DNA of 64,000 nucleotides from Leucoraja ocellata (taxonomy: Eukaryota). A program made the position numbers and the translations under genes. Where the stretch lies: contig JAWMAR010000306.1 of the NCBI GenBank assembly GCA_036785375.1, forward strand, positions 1,860,001-1,924,000, written 5' to 3'. Position 1 is the stretch's first letter; each line of letters opens with the position of its first letter. Shown piece by piece: positions 12,480-24,267 of the stretch. The notes beneath the pieces were generated by a model that did not search any database, was not told where the DNA came from, and worked only from the letters and a program-made list of their open reading frames with translations.

Positions 12480-12631
12480 ATGTGATGAAGATGGTGGAAC
12501 AGAATGGAAAGATAACTGTCAAGGAAGGAATATCTGAGTTCTTACAAATGCCACTAATGTGCCATGTCTGCCAACAGCAATTGTCCACCATTCCACAATT
12601 GAAAGAGCATTTGAAAAACCATTTCCCCTAA
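12480..12631 (+). CDS. APTX: Aprataxin last coding exon (C-terminal zinc finger)
   Basis: aactag|; DVMKMVEQNGKITVKEGISEFLQMPLMCHVCQQQLSTIPQLKEHLKNHFP*; TAA at 12629-12631. Confidence 0.95.
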
Positions 12632-12739
12632 TGTTTAGCAATTTAATTGTGTCCATTCGCTGTTCCAATATCATTCACTTGCCTATTATTAAGAAGCATT
12701 CTTGCCAGGGAAACACTTCAGCGTCGCATATTTGGCTGT

Positions 12740-13070
12740 TGGCTATGCTTGAGTTGGTAGAAAACCTGCCTCTGGGTCAGGAGGTCGTGGGTATATATCC
12801 CACAGTCCAAAGACTTGAGCTCAAACATTAAAGTTAACCCTCAAATCAATGACTGCTATACTTAAAAAGTACAATTTTTGGGATAAGACATTAAACTGTG
12901 GCCTTGTCTGGGTACTACAATGTATGTAAGATGTTCCATATTATTATTTAAACAGATTATGTGATCAATAATAGAAATGTTTTGTGGGAAGTGTTATATA
13001 CATATTAGTTGTAGCTGGAAAGCATTTTGAGGTGCCTAAAAATTATTAAAGACACTACACCAATGTAAGT
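12740..13070 (+). mobile_element. Old DeuSINE (SacSINE1/AmnSINE-like) in the APTX 3' UTR region
   Basis: GCCTCTGGGTCAGGAGGTCGTGGG...AGACTTGAGC...GATAAGACATTAAAC pattern; related copies at about 37800, 38345 and 54520. Confidence 0.55.
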
Positions 13071-14240
13071 ATTTTACAAAGCGTTTAATGGCCAATTATA
13101 TTATCTTGCTGGAAGGTCTCAGCAGGTCAGGCAGCATCTGTGAAGTGAAAAATTCAGATGACTTTTCGGGCACGGACCCTTCTTTAGGATTTAATTTCCA
13201 TCCACAGATTCAGATGGGAAATTGTTTTCCAGTGGGGGCTTTTTCAACTGTTAACTTGCAATATTACATTCTGGATTTACAGCTAACATAATGGTCTGGG
13301 TATTGAAGTCAACCATGCAAAGATGGGTATTACATTACATTTTCCGTTTATTATAGTACTGATAACCTGACACCTGCAAAGTTATATATGCAGGACCCAT
13401 CTCTCATTCCCGGGAATGGGAATAATCACTTATTTAGATTAAAGAAGCCTGATCTGTATGCATGGGGGGGAGTAAGTAGGTCCTAACTTTATAGTACATT
13501 AAATGATTCCACATTCCAATTACAAAATAGTAACGCTTCCTTAAAATAAAAAACTATAAATTATGCTATACTTACCCCTCTGTACATAATAATCATCCTT
13601 GTCTAATTTAATACAGGAGTCATTATCCCTATACATATGTATTTTATTCTGGATAAAATATTGCAAGTTAGGCTCACATCTGATTTATGTTAAAAACCTA
13701 TATCTGAAGAGTAAACAGTTAATGATTTTAAAAAGCAAAGCTATAAATTGTTAATTGAATTTAATTTATATTTTGGTTACACTATTGGGAACAAATACTA
13801 TTATGAAAAGTTGTACAAATATTAATATGCAAGTATAACTTGTATTTGCTGAATTAAATGATGAATTTGAAATGATATTCCAGTAACTTAATAGTTAGAA
13901 ACTATATTCCAAAAACATCTTGTGTTGAATTCCTAGTCATTGCCTCTCAAGTGACTTGTTTACTGCTGGGACAGCACTTGCTTGAAGCACTATCAGTGAA
14001 TCGGGCCAGGGCTACAAGCACAGTTTCATTTCTGGTCATATTTAGTTGGAAGCGACTGTGTGCCTGGAACCCTACACCCAACATGTTTTAGTGATTCCTG
14101 AACATATGACCACTGAAGCAAAAAAAAGTTTGTGATCAACTATAAAGCACTGTTGCATCTTGCCATCCCCATTTGAGACTCCCTGCTCAGTTTTATGACA
14201 ATCACCATGATATAGCATTTACAATCAGCTCAAAACATCT

Positions 14241-14309
14241 AAGTAAACCAGGTTCCTGTTCAGTAATAAATGATGTTTAGAAAGTCTCTAGCATTTAAAT
14301 GTTTTGGGA
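14241..14309 (+). repeat. Left copy of ~70-bp direct repeat flanking a LINE (contains AATAAA)
   Basis: AAGTAAACCAGGTTCCTGTTCAGTAATAAATGATGTTTAGAAAGTC...TTTAAATGTTTTGGGA recurs at 15676-15746. Confidence 0.9.
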
Positions 14310-15675
14310 CTACTCCTTTTCTCTATTTTCATAAACGACCTCCCCAATATCTGATCTGACTGTCAAACACAACTATATGCCGATGATGCAGTACTATATA
14401 CATCTAGTACTAACAAGTCTGAAATTGAAAGAACCCTTCAATCAGATCTTACTTCTGTTCAGAAATGGCTATTATTTCACAAATTAATTTTAAATAAAAA
14501 TAAATCATGCAGTCTGTTATTTGGTACCAGACAAGGCCTTGGTAATTCTGTAGATCTGACTATATCATTTAATGAAGGATCACCATTAGAACAAGTATTG
14601 AACTTCAAATATCTTGGTGTTTGGCTCGACCCAACGCTTTCATTTACGCAGCGTAGTGAGACGATTACTAAAAAACTCAGCTGTAATCTAGCTATTCTTT
14701 ACCGCCATATAAATTGTTTCACCTTTCAGATGAGAAAAAGAATTGTCTCTCAACTACTACTACCAACGCTGGATTATGCTGATATTGTCTATCAGACTAC
14801 ATTTGATACACATCTTCAACCCCTTAATGTAGTTTATAATAATCTTTGCAGATTTATTTTAAGGTGTCCATATATAACTCACCACTGTTCTATGTACGAA
14901 ACTAAACTGGTTATCCCCCCACGCGCGAAGATGCTACCACTGGTTCCAGTTCATCTTTAAATGCATCCATCTCAATTACCCTTCTTATTTAAAACAAGAC
15001 CTATTACCATACACACCCTCATATTCACTAAGACATATTCAGCAACCCTTCTTTTTCATTCCAAGAACTAACAAAGAAATTGGGAGACGTGCATTTAAAT
15101 TCAAAGCTCCTTCTGACTGGAACACTCTGCCTAGTACCATAAGAACTATTAGCTCATTTCGTCTTTTTAAAAATACACTTTTACCCTTCCTTATAAAACC
15201 ATGTACCTGTTTCTAGTATTAGAGTCTTCGAGCTCCTTTATCTAGCTTGCTCTGTGTGTGATCATTTGGCATAACTATTGTATATGCATGCCCATTACAC
15301 TTATGTATTATTGTATTGCATAGTGTAACAAGGTCTTATATTGTATTATGTTACAATATCATGAAATAATATATCATGTAATAATGTTGATCGTATGTAT
15401 TAACGTACGATGTATGATAGGTGGTATATGGTATTATGCATTAACATTATGCTGTAACACATAACTTGTTATTATTGGATATGTAAAGCCAATTAACAAT
15501 TGTTATAAACTATAACAAGTGGGGGATGGAGGGGTTTTGGGATTGGTGTGTGGGTAGGTGGATCAATGAGAGCCTCTATGTATGTTATGTTTTGTGCTGT
15601 ATGTTCTATACTGGACCCCCTCGAAAACAAGATGACTGTCCATCTCAAGAGGTTATCCATGAATAAACTTGTTTC
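14310..15675 (+). mobile_element. 5'-truncated L2/Crack-like LINE (RT C-terminal half plus 3' UTR)
   Basis: LLFSIFINDLP...QLYADDAVLY...FKYLGVWLDPTLSF...LLPTLDYADIVY; few disruptions; 3' end with AATAAA. Confidence 0.88.
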
Positions 15676-15746
15676 AAGTAAACCAGGTTCCTGTTCAGTA
15701 ATAAATGATGTTTAGAAAGTCACTTTAGCATTTAAATGTTTTGGGA
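15676..15746 (+). repeat. Right copy of ~70-bp direct repeat
   Basis: Matches 14241-14309 except for one small indel/substitution patch. Confidence 0.9.
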
Positions 15747-15789
15747 AGATTTTCTGAGGATGAGTTACACAGCTTGAGTTGATGCTGGA

Positions 15790-16300
15790 GTTACACAGGG
15801 TAGAGATAGGCTCTCCGGCCCAACTCATCCATGTCCGCTAAGGTGTCTTCCTGAGCCAGTCCAATTTGTCTGCATTTGGCCCTTTCCCCTCCAAACCTTC
15901 ATTATCTATGCATCTGTCTAAATGTATTTTAAATGTTGTACCTACCCCTAACCACATCTTATCTTCTCTCTCTGTGGGGGAAAAACAGGCTCCTCGAGTC
16001 TCCCCAAAAACGTTCTCCTCTCACCTTTAACCTGTACCCTTAGATTTAACAATTCTACCCTTGAAAAAGGATTGTGATAATCCCTCATGATTTTATAAGC
16101 CTTGATAAGGACATCCCCTCTCTGCATTTTTTGCACCAGTAAAAATAATTCCTGCTTTCCAATTTCTTACAACGCCAGCCCTCCACTCCTGGCAACATTC
16201 TTGTTAATCATTTGCACCCACTGTGGTTTAATCATAAACGTAATATATTATGGCAACCAGAACTGCACAATGTTCCACACAATATTATGCACATGTATCT
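15790..16300 (-). mobile_element. Degraded CR1 LINE 3' fragment
   Basis: RGDVLIKAYKIMR-type motif on - strand; CR1-type tail. Confidence 0.6.
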
Positions 16301-17800
16301 ACTAACAACAGTTGGGGTGAACTGATGATTCCAGAGGATGAAGGCCATGATATTGTTGAATAATCGAATGCTCACCTGGATATTTGGGTTGTCGACCTTG
16401 GTGGCAAAAAAATAAGAATGCAACCAAATAAACATATTTGGGTAGTTAACAGATCAGCAATATTAGACAATGATGGTATGATTGATTGTTTTGTCAATGT
16501 GTGCAGAGAAGGTGTCGAATGTTACTTTGGTTTGGAACATTTCAGCATAGTGGGAGATGTAGAACACTAATCGGACATTCAGGTGTGATTACAGGAGAGA
16601 TCACACAAAGGTAACCAAACCTTTTTTTTGAGTAAAGTGAATTTAGAGGAGCAGTGACACCAAAGACAAAAATAAAATAGTGGGAGGTAAAAGTTAAAAG
16701 TTGAGATAGGATCTGCCTGAGAGTTCAGTTGCTGACCAAGAACGACTGCAGATGCAATTGAACAGATTCTTTATTTTTGTGGAAAAGAAACTAATGAGCT
16801 CTTACCAAGTCACAATTATTTCTGCCCCGTGTTCTTTGTTAGGCATCACAGCTTTATATCAGCTAGAGTTATCAAGGTTTTATATGCAACTTTAATTGAC
16901 AGATTCTTAATCTCAAATGTGCCAAGAACAGTTCCTATCAGGAGTACACACAGAATGAAAAGTAGTGTTCATCTCACCATATTCCCTGTTTGGATTCGTT
17001 TGCACTATTTGTATTTGATTTCTTTCATGGTGCTATTTTATATCAAAGAGTTGAAGAATTTTCTTGGGTGCAGAGACCATTCAACAAACTTCACTTCACC
17101 GTGATAACTGGACATTTTAAGACTTTACTGAATCTTGCGTTGCAAAAATTGGCTGCTACATCGTTGGTTGTAAAGCAACGTAGAAACAGATAACATTGTA
17201 AATGTAATGCAATCAAGCTTACCTTCCAATTAATGTATCTTATAACATGTCCGTGAACAACCTTTGGTCACTGCGGTCTTCTTGTCCACCATGACCAGCA
17301 AGTTAAATCTCGAAATCATCGTTCAACAGAGAGCTCAACTGTTTTCAATTTCCCCTTCAACTGGGGAGAATGTTATCAAGCGCACAATTCACCAGCAGGT
17401 CTGCAGTAATATCTCTGGGACTCAGTAACTCGAATATGGTCCTGACCTCAGTTCTGATATTTGATAATTCAAAAATAATTCGGAAAATATGTATTAAGTT
17501 TACTTTTTTGGATCCTGGTTACAGTTTTGGGACTGTCGGTTAACGGTCCGTGCCGACAGTACAGCTCATGAACTCATTACCGACCTCAGCGTGGCGGTGG
17601 AGTCCCAGACCAACGTGTAATATGACTTGATAATGGGGTACCTGTCTGACGCCCATAGTAACAGCGACGACAGGCTTATGTATTTGCATAAGGTAGTATT
17701 CTGGGGGAAAAACTAGCTTATCCCATCTCACGACCAAAAAGTGTCCACGGAAGGAAGTGGACTTGAAAACGCATTGGAGGCGATCAGGGCAGACCCAGTG

Positions 17801-19066
17801 ATGAAATCATCTAACTTGCATCTCAGGAAATGTTCCCTGCCCATGGCTGTTCTATGTAGGAAATTTCCCTCCACCACTAGTCAGTCGGTGAAATCCGAGC
17901 CCAGGGTGAGATCCTACTCTTCAGCAGACAGCCAAATGACCCAGTGCGGCAGGGAGTTGAAGGAGGTCCGGGCACTGATGGTTGATATGGGTTCTGGCTA
18001 TATTAAGGCTGGTTTCGCTGGCCTGCCCAAGCCATCGGCCACCATCTCGTCCATGGTGGGCAGGCCAATGCAGCGCAGCGCCAAGACCGGAGACAATCGG
18101 CAGGAGAACTTCGTAGGCAGAGAGCTAACAGCACCCGACGAGCTGCGCCTAATCAACCCGCTCCGACACGGCATCGTGGTGGACTGGGACGCAGCCGAGG
18201 CCGTTCTGGGTTATGTCCTGGAGAAGGAGCTGCAGGTGAGACCAGAGGACCACGCCGTGATGGTAGCGGACCCTCCGCTCAGTCCCATGACCAATAGAGA
18301 GAAGATAGCCGAGCTCCTTTTTGAGATCTTCAACATTCCAGCCATACACATCACCAAGCAGTCCATGCTCTCCATCTACGCCTACGGTTGCACATCGGGG
18401 CTGGTGGTAGAGAGTGGCCATGGCTACTCCAGTGTGGTGCCCATCCACGAAGGCTACATCATGCCCCATATCACCACCACAGTGGACTACGCGGGCAACG
18501 ACCTGACCAAACACTTGATTAAACTCCTCAATCAAAGTGGCCATACGTTGAGCATGGCGGATTACCAGCTGGTGGAGCACATCAAACAAGAGTATTGCTA
18601 CACTGCCATTGACTTCGATGCAGAGAATCGAGGGGAGCCGAAGGAATGTACAATGCACTATGAGCTGCCTGATGGTAAAGTGATCACCATTGGCAAGGAA
18701 AAGATCAAGTGCCCCGAAGCCCTCTTTAATCCATCCCTCATGGGCTCCAGGGAGCCCGGGCTGCACACCATAACTTTGAATGTCATTAACAAATGCGACA
18801 GCTCGATCATGGAAGAGATGTACAGGAACATCCTTCTCTGTGGCGGGTCCACCATGTTCTCTGGCTTCCGTGTCCGTTTCCAGAAAGAACTTAGGAAACT
18901 GGCCCAGGATATGAACCCGCAGGTCCAGGCAATTCCCGAGAGGAAGTATTCCGTTTGGTATGGAGGGTCGATCTTATGCTGCCTCAAATCCTTTCAACAG
19001 CTCTGGGTCAGCAAGAAGGAATATGATGAGCGCGGACCAGTAGCCGTCTATCGGAAATGTTTTTGA
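17801..19066 (+). CDS. Intronless actin-like protein 7 (ACTL7-like) paralog 1
   Basis: Uninterrupted actin fold: DMGSGYIKAGFAG, AKTGDNRQENFVG, NPLRHGIVVDWD, ELPDG, GGSTM, ends YRKCF; first in-frame ATG at 17801, alternative cccATGG at 17843; adjacent to ELP1 like mammalian ACTL7A/B; A versus B orthology unresolved. Confidence 0.9.
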   Translation: MKSSNLHLRKCSLPMAVLCRKFPSTTSQSVKSEPRVRSYSSADSQMTQCGRELKEVRALMVDMGSGYIKAGFAGLPKPSATISSMVGRPMQRSAKTGDNRQENFVGRELTAPDELRLINPLRHGIVVDWDAAEAVLGYVLEKELQVRPEDHAVMVADPPLSPMTNREKIAELLFEIFNIPAIHITKQSMLSIYAYGCTSGLVVESGHGYSSVVPIHEGYIMPHITTTVDYAGNDLTKHLIKLLNQSGHTLSMADYQLVEHIKQEYCYTAIDFDAENRGEPKECTMHYELPDGKVITIGKEKIKCPEALFNPSLMGSREPGLHTITLNVINKCDSSIMEEMYRNILLCGGSTMFSGFRVRFQKELRKLAQDMNPQVQAIPERKYSVWYGGSILCCLKSFQQLWVSKKEYDERGPVAVYRKCF

Positions 19067-19141
19067 AAGGGCTCCTTGCGCATTGGCTATTATCCGTTGT
19101 CGAACCTAATTCTAAATCGGGGTTAAAAATATGCAAGTAAT

Positions 19142-19147
19142 AATAAA
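19142..19147 (+). terminator. Candidate polyadenylation signal of ACTL7-like paralog 1
   Basis: AATAAA about 75 nt after the stop, followed by GT-rich sequence. Confidence 0.55.
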
Positions 19148-19921
19148 ATCATATCAAATTGTGTGATTGGTGATATGTATAACCATAGAGCTTATAAATG
19201 ATATTGCAATGCTAAATAATGCCTTGCCTTATGGAATCCCACGATTGAAGCTGGTGAAAATACCAACTGCAGGTCAGTTTACTGTTCACTAGAAATAAAC
19301 TTGGTCTATCTGGTTTGGATGCTGGTCTGAACAGGTGTTCCAACGACTGTGTGAACAAGTTTTCTCCAGCAAGTATTCAATGTTTTAATTGAAATACTTT
19401 TATAATTGCTTTGATTTGGTTTGATTATCTTATTTTGTGGTTTGCTTTTAATGTTCTTGAAAGTAGAAAATAATTATAGGTTGCCCCACGATGTCTGATG
19501 TTATTCCAGACAGAGCGACGGCCATGACTCATTTCCCCTGGTCTTTGGCTGGGCAATCTCATCCATCCCTGTAACACTCTGAAATGTACACATTCCCCAA
19601 TTCTAACTCATTCGCTCACATTTCCATCACCCAACCAGTATGGGCGCGATGCCTTTAGCTGTCTTGCCTAAAGTTCTGAAATCCTGAAAATTCTCCACTT
19701 CTTAAAAACTGTATTTGAGAAACCTATTCATCAGGTGCCATATCGATTTATGTGGTTTGGGGGCAAATTGTGTATGATAATGCCGCTGTGGAATTACTTA
19801 GGATGACTTTATTATTAAAGATACTTTTTTTTACAATTTATTGTGCCTGTTTTTAACCTGACCGATTTCAGTTCGATGGTCCTATTGTAATGCCAGCTGA
19901 CCATCGCTCAGTTACATTTAC

Positions 19922-20607
19922 CTTCTACATTTTTTCACCTCCGCAACATTGCCAAAATCAGACCCTCTCTCACACCCCCCGCTGCTGAAAGACTCATCCA
20001 TGCCTTCATCTCCTCCCGACTGGACTACTGTAACTCTCTTCTCTTTGGCATCAATTCCAGCAACATCAACCGACTCCAACTGGTCCAGAATGCAGCCGCC
20101 CGACTCATTACCCACACCAAATCCTGGCACCACATCACCCGTCCTCAAAGAACTTCACTGGCTTCCCATTTCCCACCGGATCATCTACAAAATCCTGGTC
20201 CTCACCTACAAAGCCCTCAACCGCTTGCCCCCACCCCCCCCTTATCTCACTGACCTCCTCTCCCCCTACCAACCCTCGCGGTCTCTCAGATCCATTTCAG
20301 CCGGTCTCCTCTCCATTCTGAAATCCAACCTCTGCACGTTTGGAGACAGAGCCTTCTCCAGGGCAGCTCCCAGGCTCGGGAACTCCCTCCCACAATTGAT
20401 CCGAACTTCTGAGTCCCTCACCATCTTCCAGTCCCGCCTCAAGACCCATCTCTTCATCTCTGCATACCCTTAGTCCCATGTCCCCCTCCCCTTTGCATCT
20501 CTGTCTTACTGCTCTATTTTGTTTTGTTCTTGACTCACCATGTAAAGTGACTTTGAGTCCTTGAAAAGCGCTATACAAATAAAATGTATTATTATTAGTA
20601 TTATTAC
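19922..20607 (+). mobile_element. L2 LINE 3' fragment
   Basis: LIHAFISSRLDYCNSLL...LVQNAAARL; LHWLPISHRIIYKILVLTYKAL; GDRAFSRAAPRL; (ATT)n-like tail. Confidence 0.88.
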
Positions 20608-20758
20608 ATCATAAGCTCCATTCAAGAGAATTGCGAACGAACATCTTGCCCGACACCGCAACGCAATACTAAAGGAGAACAAACAAACCCTCAAACAATA
20701 TGAATAAATAACGTTAAACTGTGTCACAGTGTAAGGAAAATCAATACCGTAACTCTGG

Positions 20759-21015
20759 GTAGACAAAAATGCTGGAGAAACTCAGCGGGTGCAGCAGCAT
20801 TTATGGAGCGAAGGAAATAGGCAACGTTTCGGGCCGAAACCCTTCTTCAGACGTCAGGCTGGCTGCGAATCGGCACCTGTGCGATGGCACGGCCCGTCGC
20901 TGTGGCTGGCACTGAGGAAGCATGGTCTGTCCATCCCCTCCACAGATGCTGCTTGACTTCCTCCAGCATTTTATGTTTTACTCAGCATTGGAGCATCTGC
21001 AGTTTCACTTGTCTC
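20759..21015. mobile_element. Penelope-derived element with hammerhead core on - strand (20819-20854)
   Basis: Reverse complement reads CUGAAGAAGGGUUUCGGCCCGAAACGUU, identical to the core at 5853-5880; stem I is only 2 bp. Confidence 0.75.
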
Positions 21016-23035
21016 TCTTGAACGAATTGTGTTTTCTTTTTCCTTCAGGCCCGAGTAGCAGACCATCTCACACATTTTTCACATAACCAAACCATAACCC
21101 TTTCAATTCACTGGGGATACGTTTTACTGACGTTTTGCTTCACGAGCATCAACTCTCATTGATTTCATAATTTGACCATTCTATCAAGTATGTTGTGCAT
21201 TACAGTTTAAATATCTCTCACATGCCTCATATGTCTTTGTAAAATCTTTCTGCCAGCTATAGTCTTGCTCCACCTGACTTCTAAAACCTTATTCAGTCCA
21301 TTTTTTATTACCTCATGGCTTTGTTTGGAAATTCCTCCTTCATTTTCAGACACAAATCTCTTTTATCTCAGTCACAACAATAAGATGTTTAAATTTCACC
21401 AAATGTACAAAATTAAGAGGTGCTTTGTTTTATTAAGATTATTGAAGGTGATAGGGTAGAGAAAAGAGAAACCACCTGCTGAGAATTGGTAGATGGGAAG
21501 TTGTCTAGATTAAAGAGATATAACTGTAAAATTGGAACGGGGGCATTAGGGACAATTACTGGAAGCTCTTAATACAACCTCCATCCCTCCAAATAAAACA
21601 GCTGGTTAATGAAAAATGTCAACACTGAAACAGGTAGGACTGTGTTAGGTGGACAGTGTTAAAAGTTTGTAATGAAGACATATATACAGATAAAAGTCAT
21701 GATCTGTTATGACCTGACTGAGTGGTAGGTCTTCCATCCCTGTGTTTCTAAATGCCGTTCCATTACCTCCACCTTGCCAGTTCATAATGGTAATCCTGAT
21801 CTGGGCCAGTTGGGCCATACAGCACTGGCCCACATCAGAATGATTACTTGAAAACTATCAACATAAGACTAGTATGTTTAAGGTTAATATGTTTACATTG
21901 ATGGTCAGGTTGTACCATGTCTGTATGTAGATGGTGCAAGTGTGTGTTGGCCATGGTTGGGTCAGGTTGAAGTTTTATATCCAAGCCTCTCATCCAGTTA
22001 GATATCCTGTCATTCATTTGAGGTTTTAAACCCAAGGCCATCTGCCCACTCATTGGACTACAAATGATCTCAGAGAAATAATCACCGGAAAGAGCTGGGA
22101 AATTATTTTCCATATTTCTCCCTTGTGGTCAATAATTCTCCCTCAATTAATATTACATTATAAGAAGACATCTAGTCATTAGCAGATGAATATGGGGAAA
22201 ATAAAGTGCTGGAGTAACTGAACTGGACAGGTAGCATCTCCGGAGAATATGGATAGACAGAAGAATGATCTGAAAGGGTCCCGACCTGAAACAACACCTG
22301 TCCATGTTTTCCAGAGATGTTACCTGCCCCCATTGAATTACTCCGACAGTTTATGGCTTCTATTGTAAACCACCATCTCCAGTTCCTTGTGTCTACATTT
22401 TACTGCTGCATAAAGTAGCTTGCTGTGAACAAATGCAAATAAAATATTTTCAGAATGTTACACCACAGATGAAAATCATTCAGTGAATGAGATTTCTGCC
22501 AACCCACCAGCTGATCACACTTCACCTCTTCTCCATGACAAACATTTTTTAGCAAATGCAGCTAACTTAAGACAAAACCTTTTCATGCAGGAATGGATGA
22601 CTCTTTGTGTGATTCATCATGACGTGAAGTAGAAGAGCAACTTTACATATGAGATTCAATAAGTGAAAATTAAAGAGAACTTTAGTAAATTCCCAATATG
22701 GGACAAATATTTTACATTTTAAACAATAAACTGAATTGCTGCTTGCCTTTGTAAAATAAAATATACAAGTGACAGTTTATTAATCCCCTTATTATTATTC
22801 CCAGATGTTGACTTAATGATGTGATTCAAGGTTAATTTATAATGTGCTTTTACAAGGCATAATTAACTAAATTAACAGCTCAAAATATAGTAATCTCTTA
22901 TCTGGAAGGAACAAACTGAACAAGTGACTGTTTTGTGGAAAAACCTCTATTTTTTATTCAATATTCTCCCACCACCCTCTGTCGCCTTTCTACACTATTC
23001 GAACAAAGCCAAGTATAAACTCAAGAAAAACACCT

Positions 23036-23135
23036 TATCTGAAGAAGGGTCTCGACCTGAAACGTCGCCAATTCCTTCTCACCATAGATGTTGCCTCACC
23101 CGCTGAGTTACTCCAGCATTTTGTGTCTACCTTAT
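23036..23135 (+). mobile_element. Penelope 3' terminal repeat with hammerhead core
   Basis: CTGAAGAAGGGTCTCGACCTGAAACGTC at 23039-23066 followed by the family arm CCCGCTGAGTTACTCCAGCATTTTGTGTCTACCTT. Confidence 0.7.
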
Positions 23136-23339
23136 CATCTGTGCTTTTTTGCTTATGCTTTATGCTATATTATGCCATGTGCACCTAACCACAAATTAAA
23201 CAGTTTAATTTAATGATTCCACCATTCCCATTTCAATTCCTTAGTCTCATTTTAGTTTTCTTTACTTGGCCCATCACTGTTTTATTCCCCTTTTGTTATT
23301 TAAATTCTTGCTTTCTTCAATGCTTCCATTCTTCCTTTT

Positions 23340-23500
23340 AGAAACATAGAAAATAGGTGCAGGAGTAGGCCATTCGGCCCTTCGAGCCTGCACCGCCATT
23401 CAATATGATCATGGCTGATCATCCAACTCAGTATCCTGTACCTGCCTTCTCTCCATACCCCCTGATCCATTTAGCCACATCTAACTTCCTCTTAATTATA
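23340..23500 (-). mobile_element. CR1 LINE 3' tail
   Basis: AGAAACATAGAAAATAGGTGCAGGAGTAGGCCATTCGGCCC, shared with 32137, 35714 and 62655. Confidence 0.8.
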
Positions 23501-24267
23501 GCAATATTTTCATCGAGCTAGCTTTATTTTTAATATCTCAAATCTGATTTTTTTTAAAAGGTCTTGACTTGAAACGTTACATTCTTTCCTCGGATAAAAC
23601 CTTGCATGTTGAGTACTCTAGAATTTTTTTTTTTTTAACTGTTATCAATCCACCAGTAATTGTGCAAAGAATACAGTAAAGGCGGCAAATGGCTTGTTCT
23701 TACACTGAACACCACTTTCCCTGGTGAAAACAGCTGCATTGCCCTACACTTCATGACAACTGGTGCATTTGTTCATATCAATTATAATTGCAACAATGAC
23801 ACTCTCCTCTGATATTATCGCCGATATACTAAAGTTATTAGATAATTAACTTTTTTTTTAGTGGGTAGTAGTACTCAGGATGAAGGACTATTTTACAGAC
23901 AAAGTTGAGGAAAGGCCCTGGTGGGAACCAGATAGGAAATTCACCTATAATGCATTTTTCTACACCCTACTATTCAATCCTGCACATATCTGGAAATGAA
24001 CAGAGGTACAAGGAGGGTAGGTTTGCACTGACAGGGGATCACAGGCGTCATTGGGGCATTAAATCGTCACTGAAGGAGCTGGGTGTGAGGGTGACATGAC
24101 CCGGTAATGCCTGTGGCCTGGTCTCCCTGGAGATACCGGTTACGCCGTACAAAAGGGGTTGGTTGAGTGGGCAATAAGGAAAGCACATCCGTGTCTCACC
24201 GTTTGTAGATTTTACAATACGACCGAACTATAGGAGCGGTGCTTCGTTGTGGGGAAGAGCACGAAGG

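Noticed and set aside
17741-17800. GTG/TTG starts given by the ORF track for the actin-like genes (17741, 24247)
   Set aside because: Eukaryotic context; in-frame ATGs at 17801/17843 and 24268 are preferred
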